Positions 1 to 15,882 of a DNA stretch of 64,000 nucleotides are shown piece after piece. Position numbers and translations under genes: made by a program. Each line of letters starts with the position of its first letter. The first letter of the stretch is position 1. The notes beneath the pieces were generated by a model. It ran no database searches, was not told the DNA's origin, and was given only the letters and a program-made list of their open reading frames with translations. Source of the DNA: the human T2T-CHM13v2.0 reference genome, Homo sapiens; NCBI RefSeq assembly GCF_009914755.1, contig NC_060934.1, one strand, 5' to 3'.

Positions 1-329
1 AATAATCTGTTTCCCACCTCTCTAAAATCATAAGCTATTTAGTATATTGTTTGTCTTCCAGGTGGTCAAAGGCTACATTTTCTTTGCTGCCTACCACTGG
101 GCCCCAAAGCCAACAATACACATTTTAGGACAGCATTCTGCTCTTGGTACCAATTGCTCTATTAGTTTTTCTAGAGAATATTGTGGTAACAAACAACCCC
201 TTCCCCCAGTTCAAAAGTGAATTCACCATTTCTCCCTTGAGTCTTCTATCTCAGTTAATGAGGCAGTATCTGCCCAGTCAGCCAACCTGGAAGTTCCTCT
301 GGGCTCTTCCTGGTTGACCTCTGCAGCAG

Positions 330-908
330 CCACTGGTGGTACCCACCTAACACCTGTTCACTCTCTCTTCCTCCTTTCTAACAGTACTCTGCTCAGAGAC
401 ATGCCTCCACCTACCACCCCTAACTCAGTGCCATCTCCAGCCCTGGACACGGATCCTGATCAGTCTAAGTTCATCACAGTTGTTTCATTCCTCATGCCCG
501 TGACTGGTTTGGTCACGGGTATGTGACACAGTTCTGGCCGTAGCAATGTAAGGGGAGCTGTGAAAGAGGCTTCTGGGAAAGGATCTCTTGCATCTATGAG
601 AGATACATAGGAGGAGGCCCACTCTTCTTCTGTTGGACATTGTCATAGAAATTTGCCAACCACTGCCTTACAAGCTGGAAGAGAGGTAGACTTAGGTAAT
701 ATTGATAAATCTACAATGAAGATGCATAGTGGGAAAACTTTAACTCTTGATGGTGTCATTAAACTGCTGAATTAACAACCCTGGAGCTTCCCTTCCTCAG
801 GTCTTGTAATGTGAGATAATAAATTGACTTTGTTGTGCTGTCCTGTTTAAACCAGTTTGATTCAGGGTATTCTGTTTCTTGCAGCTGAAAAACATTCTAA
901 TGGATACA
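330..908 (+). mobile_element. Old MaLR LTR (MLT1-type)
   Basis: Ends in MLT1-like ...tgtgagataataaa...gtttaaaccagttt...ttctgtttcttgcagctgaaaaacattctaatggataca. Confidence 0.55.
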
Positions 909-929
909 ACTTCTCAACAGCCTTTCACC

Positions 930-1465
930 CTTTCCCCAGACTAATTAAACTGGGGATTGACTCTAGGTCCAGGGTGGGCATTGATTTGTCCAAATCATTA
1001 TAATCTCATCTTCATTAACTGTTCAGGAACCCCATCCCAGAACATGGGATTCAGAATGTGGCATTCCCCTGGCCTTAGGGATGGGTTCAGGAATAGGTAC
1101 CTCACCTAATAATTTGAGCCATTGAGAGTTTGCCACTGCTTGCTCTTAGAGAAACTCATGATGATAGAGATTCCTGTCCCCTCCCCGCTTCTCTGAGTCG
1201 ATGTAAACAAGGAAGCAAGGAGCTTTGATTGCTAGTGGCCACATTCTACACCCTGAGGGAAGCCAGACTGAGGATGAAGGTCACGTGGGGTAGATGGAAG
1301 AGCAGAGGAATGGAGATGACCTGGGTCCCTGAAGACATTGTTGAGCCCCTGGACCAACCAGTCCTCTGCACTTAGCTGTTATGTGAGCCATTATATTCTT
1401 TTTAGTTTAAGCCAGTTTGAGTCAAGTTTCTGTTACTGGCAACTAAAAGCATCATAGGTGATGAC
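930..1465 (+). mobile_element. Second old MaLR LTR (MLT1-type)
   Basis: ...gttatgtgagcc...gtttaagccagtttgagtcaagtttctgttactggcaactaaaagcatc, a typical MLT1 3' end. Confidence 0.55.
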
Positions 1466-2291
1466 CCATCCTGCCACATCCTCCCAGGCCAGGCAACATT
1501 GAACTGATCTGTCAAACATCTCTTGAATTTGTTGTTTCTTCTCTATCCCTATTGCCTTAGCCAATCCCAGATTTCTCACCTGAATGCCTGTAAATACCTC
1601 CGGCCTTACTGGCCTCCAGCTCCCTTTCCCTTTAGTGTACTCTACATGCTGCCAACATTAGCTCTAGAAGATGAAGGTCTCCGTGCATCCCTTTCCTGCT
1701 TCAAACCCTCATCTCTAAGTGGTGGTCCCAAACTCAGTCTCTAAGACTTATTTCAGGCTTCTTATGGGAACCCTTTTCTGACACCCCTCTGGCTGTTCCC
1801 TAACTTTTTTGACCGACCATGGTACCTGATTGTAGGTTTTTCTGTTTTCTGTCTCTGCTCACTGGACTGTGGAGAGGTCCAATGTTCCCAGACTCAACAG
1901 ACACTAAGTATGTTGAGTTCATGTTAACATGCTAGAATTAAGTTTCACCTAAACTGTCACAAATATTTATAAATGTGGAGTTAACAAAACAGGTAATTTG
2001 GTGTTGTGTTAAGAACACTGGTCTGCCATCCACAAAGCCTAAAATGTTGTTTTGCTGTCAACACTTAGGAGCTATGGGGCCCTCAGTAATATGCCTTCGC
2101 CTCCATGCAACTTAATTACCCATCCGCAAAATGGAAATACTGCAGTTATGTTAGTGGTCACATAGCCTACTCTCTACCTTTTTGGAAAGGATCGCTATTT
2201 TGCCTGAAAACTTCATTCACAGTGAGGAAGCAAAAGGGAACAACTACTAATGCAATGGAGCGTAAAAAGTAAACAACTCTTTCATAATGAG

Positions 2292-2297
2292 TTTATT
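2292..2297 (-). terminator. NPFFR1: Probable distal poly(A) signal of NPFFR1 (AATAAA), cleavage ~2272-2280
   Basis: tttatt on + = AATAAA on -, followed on - by a GU/U-rich element (agagttgtttacttttt); agrees with my recollection of a very long annotated NPFFR1 3' UTR. Confidence 0.6.
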
Positions 2298-3373
2298 TTC
2301 CATAATTTATAGCATAGGTAACAGAATCATTTTGCAAAGACACGGACTAGAGAAGAATAAAAGAGGCAATTATGATCATTAGAGGTGGCTTCGGAGGACC
2401 ACGAGACAGCACTATGGACAAACAAAATGCACTACACAACATACTCCTCCTGGGGGGCAGTCAAAACACAGAAATGTAGATCGCTCAGTCACTGAAACGG
2501 ATTGACTTGGCTGTTCTAACTTCCACACCGAAAGGAAGACAGGGTGGTGATGGGGGGAGAGTGATTACTCCTCAAACAGAGAGTGATTTAACACCACCAC
2601 TGGCTATGTGACAGATAAACTAATTTGCCCAAATCACTAAGCTTGGGTTTTTCCACCCACATTAATTTGGTTGCTTGCACATGACAACAGCATCATTTAT
2701 TGGTGACAGGATTCAAAGACCTGGGCATTGCAGCTAGCAGGAGAACACAAACAACTCAAGGCAGGACGCTACAGCCAGTTCAGCAGCTTTTGCTCCTTCA
2801 GTGACCACAGTGCAGGGGAGCCCGTGGCTGCTTTGAGGGCTTGATGTGGTATTGAGTCAAACTAAATTTAAACCTTTTACCTAAACTGCTGGTATTCCTT
2901 CTATCCCAAATCTTTGGAAGCCATTGAAAGTGATGCAAATGTGTCTCATGGCCAAAACAGCAGCCTGGAGCCTGTGGCTGGCTGGTTTTATTTTTAGGAT
3001 TATGGGAGACCTCCATCAAGGCTCTTTCTTTTACTCTGAACCTCAGTTTCCCAGATGTAGGAAGGAGAGACCACAGCAGCTTGGGGAATGGCAAAAACCT
3101 GGGCTTTGTGGTCAGATAGACTAAGGTTTGAGTCTCACCTTCAGGACCTCCTGGTTATATAACCTCCAGTAAGTTACTTTACTTCTCTGAGCCTTGCTTT
3201 TCCAATCTATTGTATGGGAATAATAATAAATACCTGCTTAGTTAATTACTTCATTCATTCAACAGACATTTATTGAGTGCCTCCTATGCACCAGGCAATA
3301 TCCTACCTGAATCCACAAAGGTAAGTGAAATAGACATAGTTCCTGTCCTCATGGAGCTTATGGTCCACTGTGA

Positions 3374-3748
<375 letters not shown>

Positions 3749-4066
3749 TAATAGACACTGAATACATGTTTTGAGTTAACCAGAAATTTAATTATTGAAA
3801 TTCAATAGCATTTTGATATCTACTAATTCCTTTTTCAGTTATCCCACTCCTCCCTTAGAACCTGTGTACATGATGCTCTCTCTGTCTGGGTTTGTTTCTT
3901 CCCCAGCTAGTCACATGGCTCCCTCTCTCACTTCATATCTGTACTCAAACATCACCTCTTCACAGAGGCCATTCCTAACCATCTGTTCAAATAGCCCTCC
4001 TACTTCTATCACACTATATCCTCTTACCTTGCTTTAGACCCATTCTTAATGGATTTAAAAATCATT

Positions 4067-4360
<294 letters not shown>

Positions 4361-4427
4361 AATTATATTCACAAAAAAATCCCTTAGAGTTAGGGCAAGT
4401 TTTTGTGCTAAAGTCTCTACAATAAAA

Positions 4428-4745
<318 letters not shown>

Positions 4746-4841
4746 TAAAAGAAAGATTTGAAGATACTTTACAATAAAAGATATAAGAATGCAGTAAGCA
4801 CACAAAAAGATGCCCAGCATCACTAGTCATCAGGGAAATTT

Positions 4842-5830
<989 letters not shown>

Positions 5831-7044
5831 TCCAAGAATGTTAAATATATTGAGAGATATATGCACAGAAAAGGACGCTATACTTGTCTCTTGCGGTAGG
5901 ATTTTGGGTGCTTTTCATTTTCTTGTCTTTGCTTATTGAAATCTTGTAAAATTTCCACAATGATTATGTAGAGCTTTTGTAGAGAGAGAGAAAAACAACA
6001 ATAAAATGCCATGATCATAAATAATTGGGTTATTCAACAAGGAATGTATTGTTCATTCAACATTGTTCATTGTAATGAAGCCCATTTAGACCGCCTCCTT
6101 CTCATCTATCTTTCATCAGTGACACTTCTGAGGGGTGAGCTGAGGAAACGGGTGCAAAAAGGTACAGAGCTTAATAGCAATCCTTTGTCCATCCAGCTCT
6201 GGGCTTGGCTCTCGCCTTGCTTTTTGGATGAATACACAGTAGACTAATGATAGGGGGGCTCTCATCTTCCTTTGCCAACTTCGCCCTCCATTCCAATGCA
6301 GATCAGCTCATGAGTCCTCCAGGCCCCAAGAGAGACTCCTCAGCACAGGGCTGGGCAGACTGTGGTTTGTGGGGTGCAGGCCCGGCATCCGCCTCCAGCT
6401 CACATTGGTCTGTTGGGTGCTGCCTGGTCTTGGTAAAGTCAAGAGGCCATTCATCAGTGGAGAGCCACAATGAGGGTGACCACTCATGCCGCACATGGCA
6501 GGACAGGACACAGAGTCCCTCCAGGAGGCCCTCTGGGTGGGGATGCTCAGTGTCAACAGGCCTCTGGCCCTTTCCCCCATCACGCATGCCGTTCATCTCC
6601 GAACTTGCCGCTTATGAAAGGGCAGTCACCTTAGGAAACCCAGCCAACCTGGAGGTGGAGGATGGCGTGTCAGGAATGGTCCACACCACTTGCCCGTGGG
6701 TGCCTAGGCTGCACAAGGCCCCGTCAGGGTCCAGGTGTCAGAACATAGGAATCCAGTGAGGATAATAAATCTATAATTATAAAATAGCTTCATAAAAACA
6801 TCTTGTAGAGGAAACATACAATTTTCTAGCCACTCTAGTCAGGAAGTAAAGCCCAGCAGAAGCCCAGAGCAGCTGGGGTGGGCACAGGGAAGTGAGACAC
6901 ATCACAGCTGTCCTGGAAGCCTCTGTTTTGTCAGCCATAAAGGGTAAGTTGGGAGAGACCCTGGTTCCCAACCTGGGGTCTCTGTCCTCAGGATTCACAC
7001 AGGCACTATTGTCAGGAACTACTTCTAGCATCTAAAAACTCCAT

Positions 7045-7500
7045 ACATTATTCACAGTAGCCAAAAGATAGAAACAACCTAAGTGTCCACTGATGGATGA
7101 ATGAACAAAATGAGGACTATCTAGACAATGGGATATTATTCAGCTTTTAAAATGAAAGAAATTCTGACACATGCCACAACATGGATGAACCTTGAAGACA
7201 TTGTGCTAAGTGAAAGAAGCCAGTCAAAAAGGATAGTATTGTATGATTCCTCTTGTATAGAAGTACCTAGAGTGGCCAAATTCACAGACAGAAAGTAGAA
7301 TAGTAGTTACCAGGGGCTAGGAGGAGAGGGGATGCGGTGATATTGTTTATAGATACAGAGTTGCAGTTTGGGATAATAAAAAATTCTGAAAATAGATAGT
7401 GGTAATGGTTACACAACAATGTGAATATATTTAATTCCAGTCCTGTACACTTAAAAATGGCCAAAATGGTAAATTCTATATTATTTATATTTTACCACAT
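7045..7500 (+). mobile_element. L1MB-type LINE-1 3' end
   Basis: aaacaacctaagtgtccactgatggatgaat...acatggatgaaccttgaagacatt...cacttaaaaatgg. Confidence 0.85.
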
Positions 7501-9829
7501 CCACAAAGAAACGAACTCCCCACATACCCACAATGTCTCACTGCTTCATTAAAGCATTGTCATGCCTGTTATCACTCAGATCTGAATGGGCAGGTATAGC
7601 CTCTGATTGATTCTTTAGAAGAAACAAAAATAACAGCAAAATATGTTAATTGTAACCTTCAGCGAGAGCTGAAGGAGTTTTTTGGGCAGTTATAACCTTT
7701 CAAAGCATGACATCTTTTGGGGGAAGACAAAGGGGCTGTGATGGAAAGGTTGGCTTGAGTGAGTACTTTGGTATCCCTACCCGCCCCCAGCCTCAAATGC
7801 TGATCTTGTACTTGGGGAGGCTATGCTAAAGGAGAAACACACCCCAGAGGAGACACCAGGTGGTGTCTTCAGACAATTCCCACCCAGCCATAGGGATAGG
7901 CATTTTGGGTTTGAGACGGCCCTTTCTCTGGCTTACTTTTAGAGCCTGGAGTCAGACTTCTTCACAACAAATAGCCCAGAACCAGCTGGGAACTCTCTGG
8001 CCCATATGACACATGACACTGATACAGTACCAGAAATGCATGGCACCAGCTAATACCACTGAGGGGCAGGAGGGCATACTCTCTCTCAGACCCTCATCCA
8101 TCACCCCCAGAACCAGGACAAGGTCATGATGGCTCTTGGCAGCCTGCTCAGCACCAGGGCAAGAACAACTCAGGCTGGACATTACGAGAGTAAACACAAT
8201 AGATTTCTTTCCCAGACCAAGAGCTTGGGCACCAGGAGTGGGCATTCTGGTTCACTGTTAGGCAAAAAAGCCTTTGGGGAAATTACCAGCTCTCCCGTCA
8301 TCCCCACCTTCCTTGAAAGGCAGCATGTGGGGTGGGAAGAACAATCAGAAGACAAATTTTAATCTAAATCCTGCCCCTCTGTGGCCCTGGAAACTTGGCC
8401 CCTTTGAGCTTCAGTCACTTTGTGAAATGACAATAACATTCAATCTCCTTCAACCTCATTACTATGGATTAAATGAGACGGTGTCTGGGGACATGCTTGG
8501 AGAATGTATTGTACAACTGCTTAGGAATTTTCTTCTGCCCCTAAACCTGGAACTTAGAGTGGAGCAAACAGTAAACAGTCACTGTGTGTCGGTTAAGGGA
8601 ACAGAGCCTCAGAGCCCCGACCCCTGGAAACGTTTCTTTTTTGTTTACTAAATTTCTAGCAACACCGTGTTTTCTACAGAGGTGGGGGGAAATGTCCATT
8701 TAAGTGCAAGATGAAGGGGCCTGTGAAAGGACCCTCCAAGGCAATCCCATGTGCTCCCGTCTCCTGGAAAGAAGCCACATTTCTTCAAGTTGATGCAGGG
8801 GTGTTGGGGGAAAGCCAGAGTAAACAGGGCTCTCCTGGTACCTCCTTAGAGTACACAAGTCATTTGTGCTGGGGAAGAGTTTAGTGTGTGTCCTTCAGGA
8901 GTCTCCAAATGGCACTCCGGCTGCAGCTTCAGTTGACCAACTTCTCCCTCCCAGGAAGCAGGGAGGAGAGAGACCTTGGGCAAGGCTTTGTACCTGCAGC
9001 CCCAGTGAGCAGATGTGTTTCCCAATGTGGAAAATGCATACCGTGCTTCCCCTTCCTCGTTGTCTATGAGTACGTAAAAGGACACCTCCTGTGGCCCTGC
9101 AGCATTACAATGTCTGTGGCATTGTAAGTTCTTGCCTTGGTCTGGGAGTCCCTCCTCTGTTCTCTAAGCTCAGACCCAGAGGGCAAGACCTAGAGTGCCC
9201 TGCAACTGAGGCAGCCTCCCCAAGGCTCGTTCTGAAGCTGCCGTCCTCTGAGGACAATGGCTTCTTGGAACTTCTTGGAACAAACAAGACAAACCAACAC
9301 ATTAGAGCCGGCAGCGGGGGCACACCGTGTTCTTCTAGAAAAGGATCAAGGGGAGTGGCTTCAGTAACGGAACATGAGGGACTCCCTCACATGGACACAA
9401 AGCATCAAGGGACAGGCCGGCTTTGCTTTTCGCTTCTTCCTAGCTGCCTAATTAGGACTTACTCAGTTCACAGTGTTCTACCTTACCGGGCCCTCTTGGA
9501 GCCAGCTGGAGATGATAAAAACCACACAGGTATTGGAGTCAGATAGCTTCACATGCCATTTCCACCTGAGAAACTTGGGTGAGTCACATCTCTCCAGGCC
9601 TCAGTTTTTGCATCTGTAGAAGGAAGAGAAGACAACCTATCTCCAAAGCGTTGTGACAATTCAGTGAGATGATGTTTGTCAAGCCCACCACACAGGGCAA
9701 GTTGGTTCCTTCCCGTCCCCCGCATTTGCCTCTACTGAGGGTGAAGGCAGCAGAGAAGACATCACCAGCAGCTGCCCACCACTGCCTGGCTCTGGAGAGG
9801 GAGGGACCACGCATCCTCACCTAACCACA

Positions 9830-10900
9830 CCAGGCCGCTATCGCCTGCATGTATCTCGTGTCCAATCGGGGCCCTGAGGCAGCGTCCCGCCCTCCCTGGA
9901 CCCCCTCAGATATCCCAGGCTGGAATGGTGAGGGGCAGGTGGGAGCAGCCAGGCCCTTCCCTGGGCAAGCCGTGGTGAGCCACCCGCCCATTCCGCAGCG
10001 GGAGGCGGCCGGGCCTGGGGGCCCCACTGCTAGGGCCCGACTCAGAGGGCAGCCCGGAGTCGCTGGGCCGCACCACCACGAAGACCCGCCTGTGCAGAAG
10101 CCCGCCGGGCCGCTCGGAGTAGGCCTCCTTGTGGCTCCCCGACGGGCGCGGGCAGAGGCGGGCGCGGAAGGCGGCCTGGAAGCCGCGGCGGAAGTTCTCG
10201 TTGAAGTAGCCGTAGATGATGGGGTTGGCGCTGCTGTTGAAGAAGGCCAGCCAGTGCGCGAAGGGGAAGGCGTAGACGGTGACCAGGTGCAGCTGCGGCG
10301 CGCTGAGCTGCCCGTAGTCGATGAGCAGCAGCAGCGCCCAGAGCGGCAGCCAGGACAGCGTGAAGAACAGCGCCACCATGACCAGCATGTGCACCACGCG
10401 CGCTCTGCGCCGCGATGCTCGCGGGTCCGCAGCCTCCTCGCCCCCGGGGGCCGGGCCCGGGGCCTGGCAGAGCTTGCGCGCGATGCGGGCGTACATGACC
10501 ACGATGAGCGCCAGCGGCGCCAGGTAGATGTGCGAGAAGAGCACAGTGGTGTAGACCCTGCGCATGCCCTTCTCGGGCCAGGCCTCCCAGCAGGAGTAGA
10601 GCGGGTAGGAGCGGTTGCGGGCGTCCACCATGAAGTGGTGCTCCTCACGGGTGACGGTCAGCGTGACGGCCGAGGGACACATGATGAGCAGCGCCAGGGC
10701 CCAGATGACGGCGATGGTGACGAGCGCCTTCCGCAGGGTCAGCTTCTCGCGGAAAGGGTGCACGATGCAGCGGAACCTGCCGCGGGGAGAGAGACAGGCG
10801 GGATCTGGGTGGGTCCTAGGGCCCCTGCGAGGGGACGGTGGGTGGGATGCGGGCACCTGACCTTCATCATCGCATCTAGGGCGGCGTCGAAGAACAGCTC
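9830..10900. promoter_or_regulatory. Intragenic CpG island over the NPFFR1 last exon
   Basis: Very high GC and abundant CpG (gcgcg, cgcgg) versus CpG-depleted flanks. Confidence 0.85.
9906..10776 (-). CDS. NPFFR1: NPFFR1 last coding exon (end of TM3 to C-terminus; TM7 NPIIY motif)
   Basis: CAG acceptor at 10777-10779; ERFRC completed across the junction; SWLP (TM6), NSSANPIIY (TM7), ends IPAWDI-TGA; 871 nt. Confidence 0.98.
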
Positions 10901-11021
10901 AGACCTGAATTGGCTGAGTAGTCAAAGAACAAAGGCAGCTACAGGATTTATGAGAAGGGAGGAGGAAACCGCAGATCGTGTGGGAACAATGAATCCTGTG
11001 TGCACTTTTGCACTTTTCTCC

Positions 11022-11318
11022 TTTTTTTTTTTTTTTCCTGAGACAGGGCCTCCTTCTGTCGCCCAGTCTGGAGTGCAGTGGCGCGATTACGGCTCCCTGC
11101 AGTCTCCACCTCCCGGGCTCAAGTGATCCTCTCCTCCCACCTCAGCCTCCTGAGTAGCTGGAACCACAGGAATGCGCTGCCACCTCGCCGGCTAATTTCT
11201 TTCAATTTTTGGAGAGATGAGGTCTCACTGTGTTGCCCAGGCTAGTCTCAAAGTCTTGGGCTCAAGCTATCCTCCGGCCTCGGCCTCCCGAATTTCTGGG
11301 ATTATAGATATGAGCCTC
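11022..11318 (-). mobile_element. Alu (AluJ-type)
   Basis: Diverged reverse Alu with J-type gctcaagtgatcctc/gagatgaggtctc. Confidence 0.9.
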
Positions 11319-11932
11319 CTTGCGGGGCCATTTGTGTACTTTTGGGGGTCAACTGATTAGCTGGCAGCTAGCAGAGCGATCAGAGTGCGCAGTCTGTCCT
11401 CGACAAGGACGATTAGGTGCGTCAAATAACACAGTTTCTGTTTATGGATTCTCCAGAAAACCTCAGGAGGTCAGATGTAGAGCCTACATGTCAGGCTGTC
11501 CCTATGTCATCTTGGCCATAGTATCAGTATCTCTACAATGCAAGGACAAGTCTGCACCATTTATTTCCTCATGAGGACAACTCAGCATCTGTTATTACAC
11601 CCTTTATTATTTTTTAAAGGTGAGGCCTTTAAGATAGTTACTACACTGTTGATTTACAGACAAGGAAACTGGGACTCGAGTGTTAAGCAGTTGGCTCAAG
11701 TTCACATAGCAAGTTGCAAGGACCAGTCTTGAACCCAGATTTGTCTTGCTTCATATGCCATATAAACCAGTAGCTGTAAACCCTCCATGTGCATGAGACT
11801 CTCCTGAAGCATTTCAACAACAAAGACAAAACCCGTGCCTATTTTTTCAGGCCAAGGATTCCAACCTAATTAGTCTAGAAAGTGGTTTTAGCATTATTTG
11901 TTATGTGCTGTTTTTGTTTTTAAAGCTCCTGG

Positions 11933-13265
<1,333 letters not shown>

Positions 13266-13973
13266 GCTCCTGGAGAAGTCTACTGTGCAACCAGAGTTGA
13301 AAACAGCTGCTGTAGGGGGAGGTAAAAACCTCCCCCTGCAGCATGGTTCAAAGACGATTGCTCAACTGCAAGCTCTGTGAGGGCAGATGCCTTGACTTTT
13401 CATCTCAGTATTCCTAGGTTGTGATTAGATAAATGCATGAATGACCAGAGGGGAAGTTACTCAAAATACTTTCTGAGCCTTAGTTTCCTCATCTGTAAAA
13501 TGAAGCCCATAGTATGACCTACTCTGTTGGGTAGTTGTGAAGATTAAGTGAGATGACACTGACCACACTTCTTGAGACATTTCAAATGCTTAATAGTGAG
13601 GAAAAAGGAGGGGCTCCTATTCCCCAGAATGGCTTCTGTCATCTACTGATGCCAGAAAATAGAAACCTGAAGAATGTCCAGTCAATCTTACTTGTTTAAT
13701 GGAGGGGAAAGCTTGCCCAGTGGGGGTCTTATGGTCACATGGCTGTTTGGAGTCAGAGCCTGCCCTGGAACATAGGTCTAGAGCTGACTCTCAGTCAAGT
13801 GTCCTTTCCACTTCGCTACACTGTGTCCTGCCCTCCTGCCAACCCAGTTTTTGGCCTGATAGCCTGACCTTTTACCTCTCCCACAGCCTGACTCAGGCCT
13901 TGTTATCTCAACCTATATGACTTTGACCTACTGGCTTCATACTTCACATACTCAAGAAAGCTCCAGAGAATAG

Positions 13974-14270
13974 TGGCTTATGTCAGCACTTTGGGAGGCT
14001 GAGGAGGGTGGATCACTTGAGGACAGGAGTTCGAGACCAGCCTGGCCAACATGGTGAAACCCTTCTCTACTAAAAAGACAAAAATTAGCCATGCATGGTG
14101 GTGCGCACCTGCAATCCCAGCTACTCCGGGGACTGAGGCACGAGAATGGCTTGAACCCGGGAGGCAGAGGTTGCAGTCAGCCAAGATCGCCATGGCACTC
14201 CAGCCTGGGTGACAGAGCAAGACTCTGTCTCCCCCCTCAAAAAAAAAAAAGAAAGAAAGAAAGAAAAAGA
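13974..14270 (+). mobile_element. Alu (AluS-type, slightly 5' truncated)
   Basis: Alu consensus; CTCCAGAGAATA duplicated on both flanks. Confidence 0.93.
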
Positions 14271-15587
14271 AATCTCCAGAGAATAAATAATTCTTAAAGC
14301 CTGTAGTGCTGGCTATGAATGCAATAGCAGTAAATGGGTGGAGGAGAATCTTGGGGTAATCTGGGCAGGCTTCCTGGATGAGGTGGGACTTGAAGAATAC
14401 TGCAAACACCACTGGGAGAAGTTGTACACTCTCATTTCCTTCAACAATGATAACAAAACAAAGGTCGATGAAGGGAAGGGACTTCTCCTGATCACCCAGC
14501 TAGTTAGTGGCCTTGTGGAGAGTAGAACCCACTTCATTACTCCAGCTGCCTACTTCACTGAGTTACAAAAAACTGGGCTTGAGGTGGAGAGAGGATGTGA
14601 ACACTAGATTCCACAAAGGGCAGGGTTAAGATATGCCTGTGCTGGGGAGAGAACAAGGAGGAGGGGATGGGTGTGCAGAAGAAACAACATACTATTAGCA
14701 ACTGATATTTGGACTCTATGCCAAGAACTGTGCATAAGCTTTTACAAGCAGGAGCTCACTGAAGCCTCCCAACCATCCTGTAGGGTAGCTACCATTTTAC
14801 AGATGAGACTACAAGGGCTCAGAGTAGTTAGGTGACCCACCCAACATGATACACCAAGGCAGGAGTGAGCAAATCTCCAGCTGATCTGCCTGCCCACCTT
14901 TCCCTGGGGTGAAGCACCCAGAGGGTGCCCTTCCCCTGCTAACAATGCTGTGGGGGAGGAGCACTCATGTAGTGCAATATGGAGGCCTCCTGGGTTCAGT
15001 GCTTTATTGATTGCAAGCCTCCTTCTCCCTGGCTCTGCTCCATACCTTTGGCCACATGATAGATTTATACTTACCAGGGAATCTGATGGAATATGAGGCT
15101 GAGAGACGAGAAGCGGTGAACGTGGGGATTGAGTACAGCCTGGGCTGCCGGGAACCAGCAAGGAGCCAGTGGGGACAGAATAAGGAGCAGGGAGAAACCC
15201 TTCCTCCCCAGCCATACCGTGACCCACCCATAAGCTGGCCCCCTTAGCTCTGGCTCACCTGGCTCAGACTTAGAGGTGGCAGGATTCCTGCTGCTCAGGA
15301 AATAAGGACTGCTCTTGAGCTCCTCACAGGCCCCAGGAATCCCAACAAAAGCCAACCAAGGCTACCTTCAGGCCTTCCAGAAGGGGGTGGTAGTGTCCTC
15401 ATCAGGTTCCCCAAGTTTAGGGAGAGGGCAGCTGGGCCCAGGGCCCTTCTCCTTGTGGCTCAGGATTTAGCCCCACTTACCATGGTGCAGCCCCAGCCTT
15501 CCAGCCAACCCAGCATTAGAGGCAGTGGCTCCTCTTAATGCCAGGCCCTAGTTGGCTCAGGCATAATCCAGCCAGGAAACCTCTCAC

Positions 15588-15687
15588 CTTTCCACAGCAA
15601 TGGCCACCAGTGTGAAAACGGAAGCCGACACAGACATGCCCTGCACCAAGCCGCTCATCTTGCATGTGGCATTGTCGAAGGGCCACC
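15588..15687 (-). CDS. NPFFR1: NPFFR1 coding exon 3 (ECL1-TM3: [32 protein letters not shown])
   Basis: CAG acceptor 15688-15690, donor AG|GTGAGA at 15587; 100 nt; phases match exons 2 and 4; this frame is absent from the ORF track. Confidence 0.97.
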
Positions 15688-15882
15688 CTGCAATGACAGA
15701 GGCCCCCACAGAGTGAGAGATGCCCACGCATCAAGAGCCAGAGACTGAAAGCCCTCCAAGCCAGGTCCCCTCTGAGCTTGGATCTTTCCTCCATGACCTG
15801 CTAGGTGTTATCTGGTCTCTGCTTGCAGACTTTCAGAAATGAGGAACCAACCAGCCCATAAAACCATGGACAGTTCTCACTA

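Noticed and set aside
2405-2423. REST/RE1-like motif gacagcactatggacaaac
   Set aside because: Several mismatches at conserved RE1 positions; too weak without ChIP data
6247-6759. 170-aa ORF antisense to the NPFFR1 3' UTR
   Set aside because: No homology recognised; length compatible with chance
9821-10648. 275-aa alternative-frame ORF
   Set aside because: GTG start, GC shadow; in-frame stops upstream prevent access by exon 3 skipping
9849-11126. 425-aa + strand ORF as a separate gene
   Set aside because: Antiparallel to the GC3-rich NPFFR1 exon, which suppresses antisense stops; it ends in an Alu and has no recognisable domain
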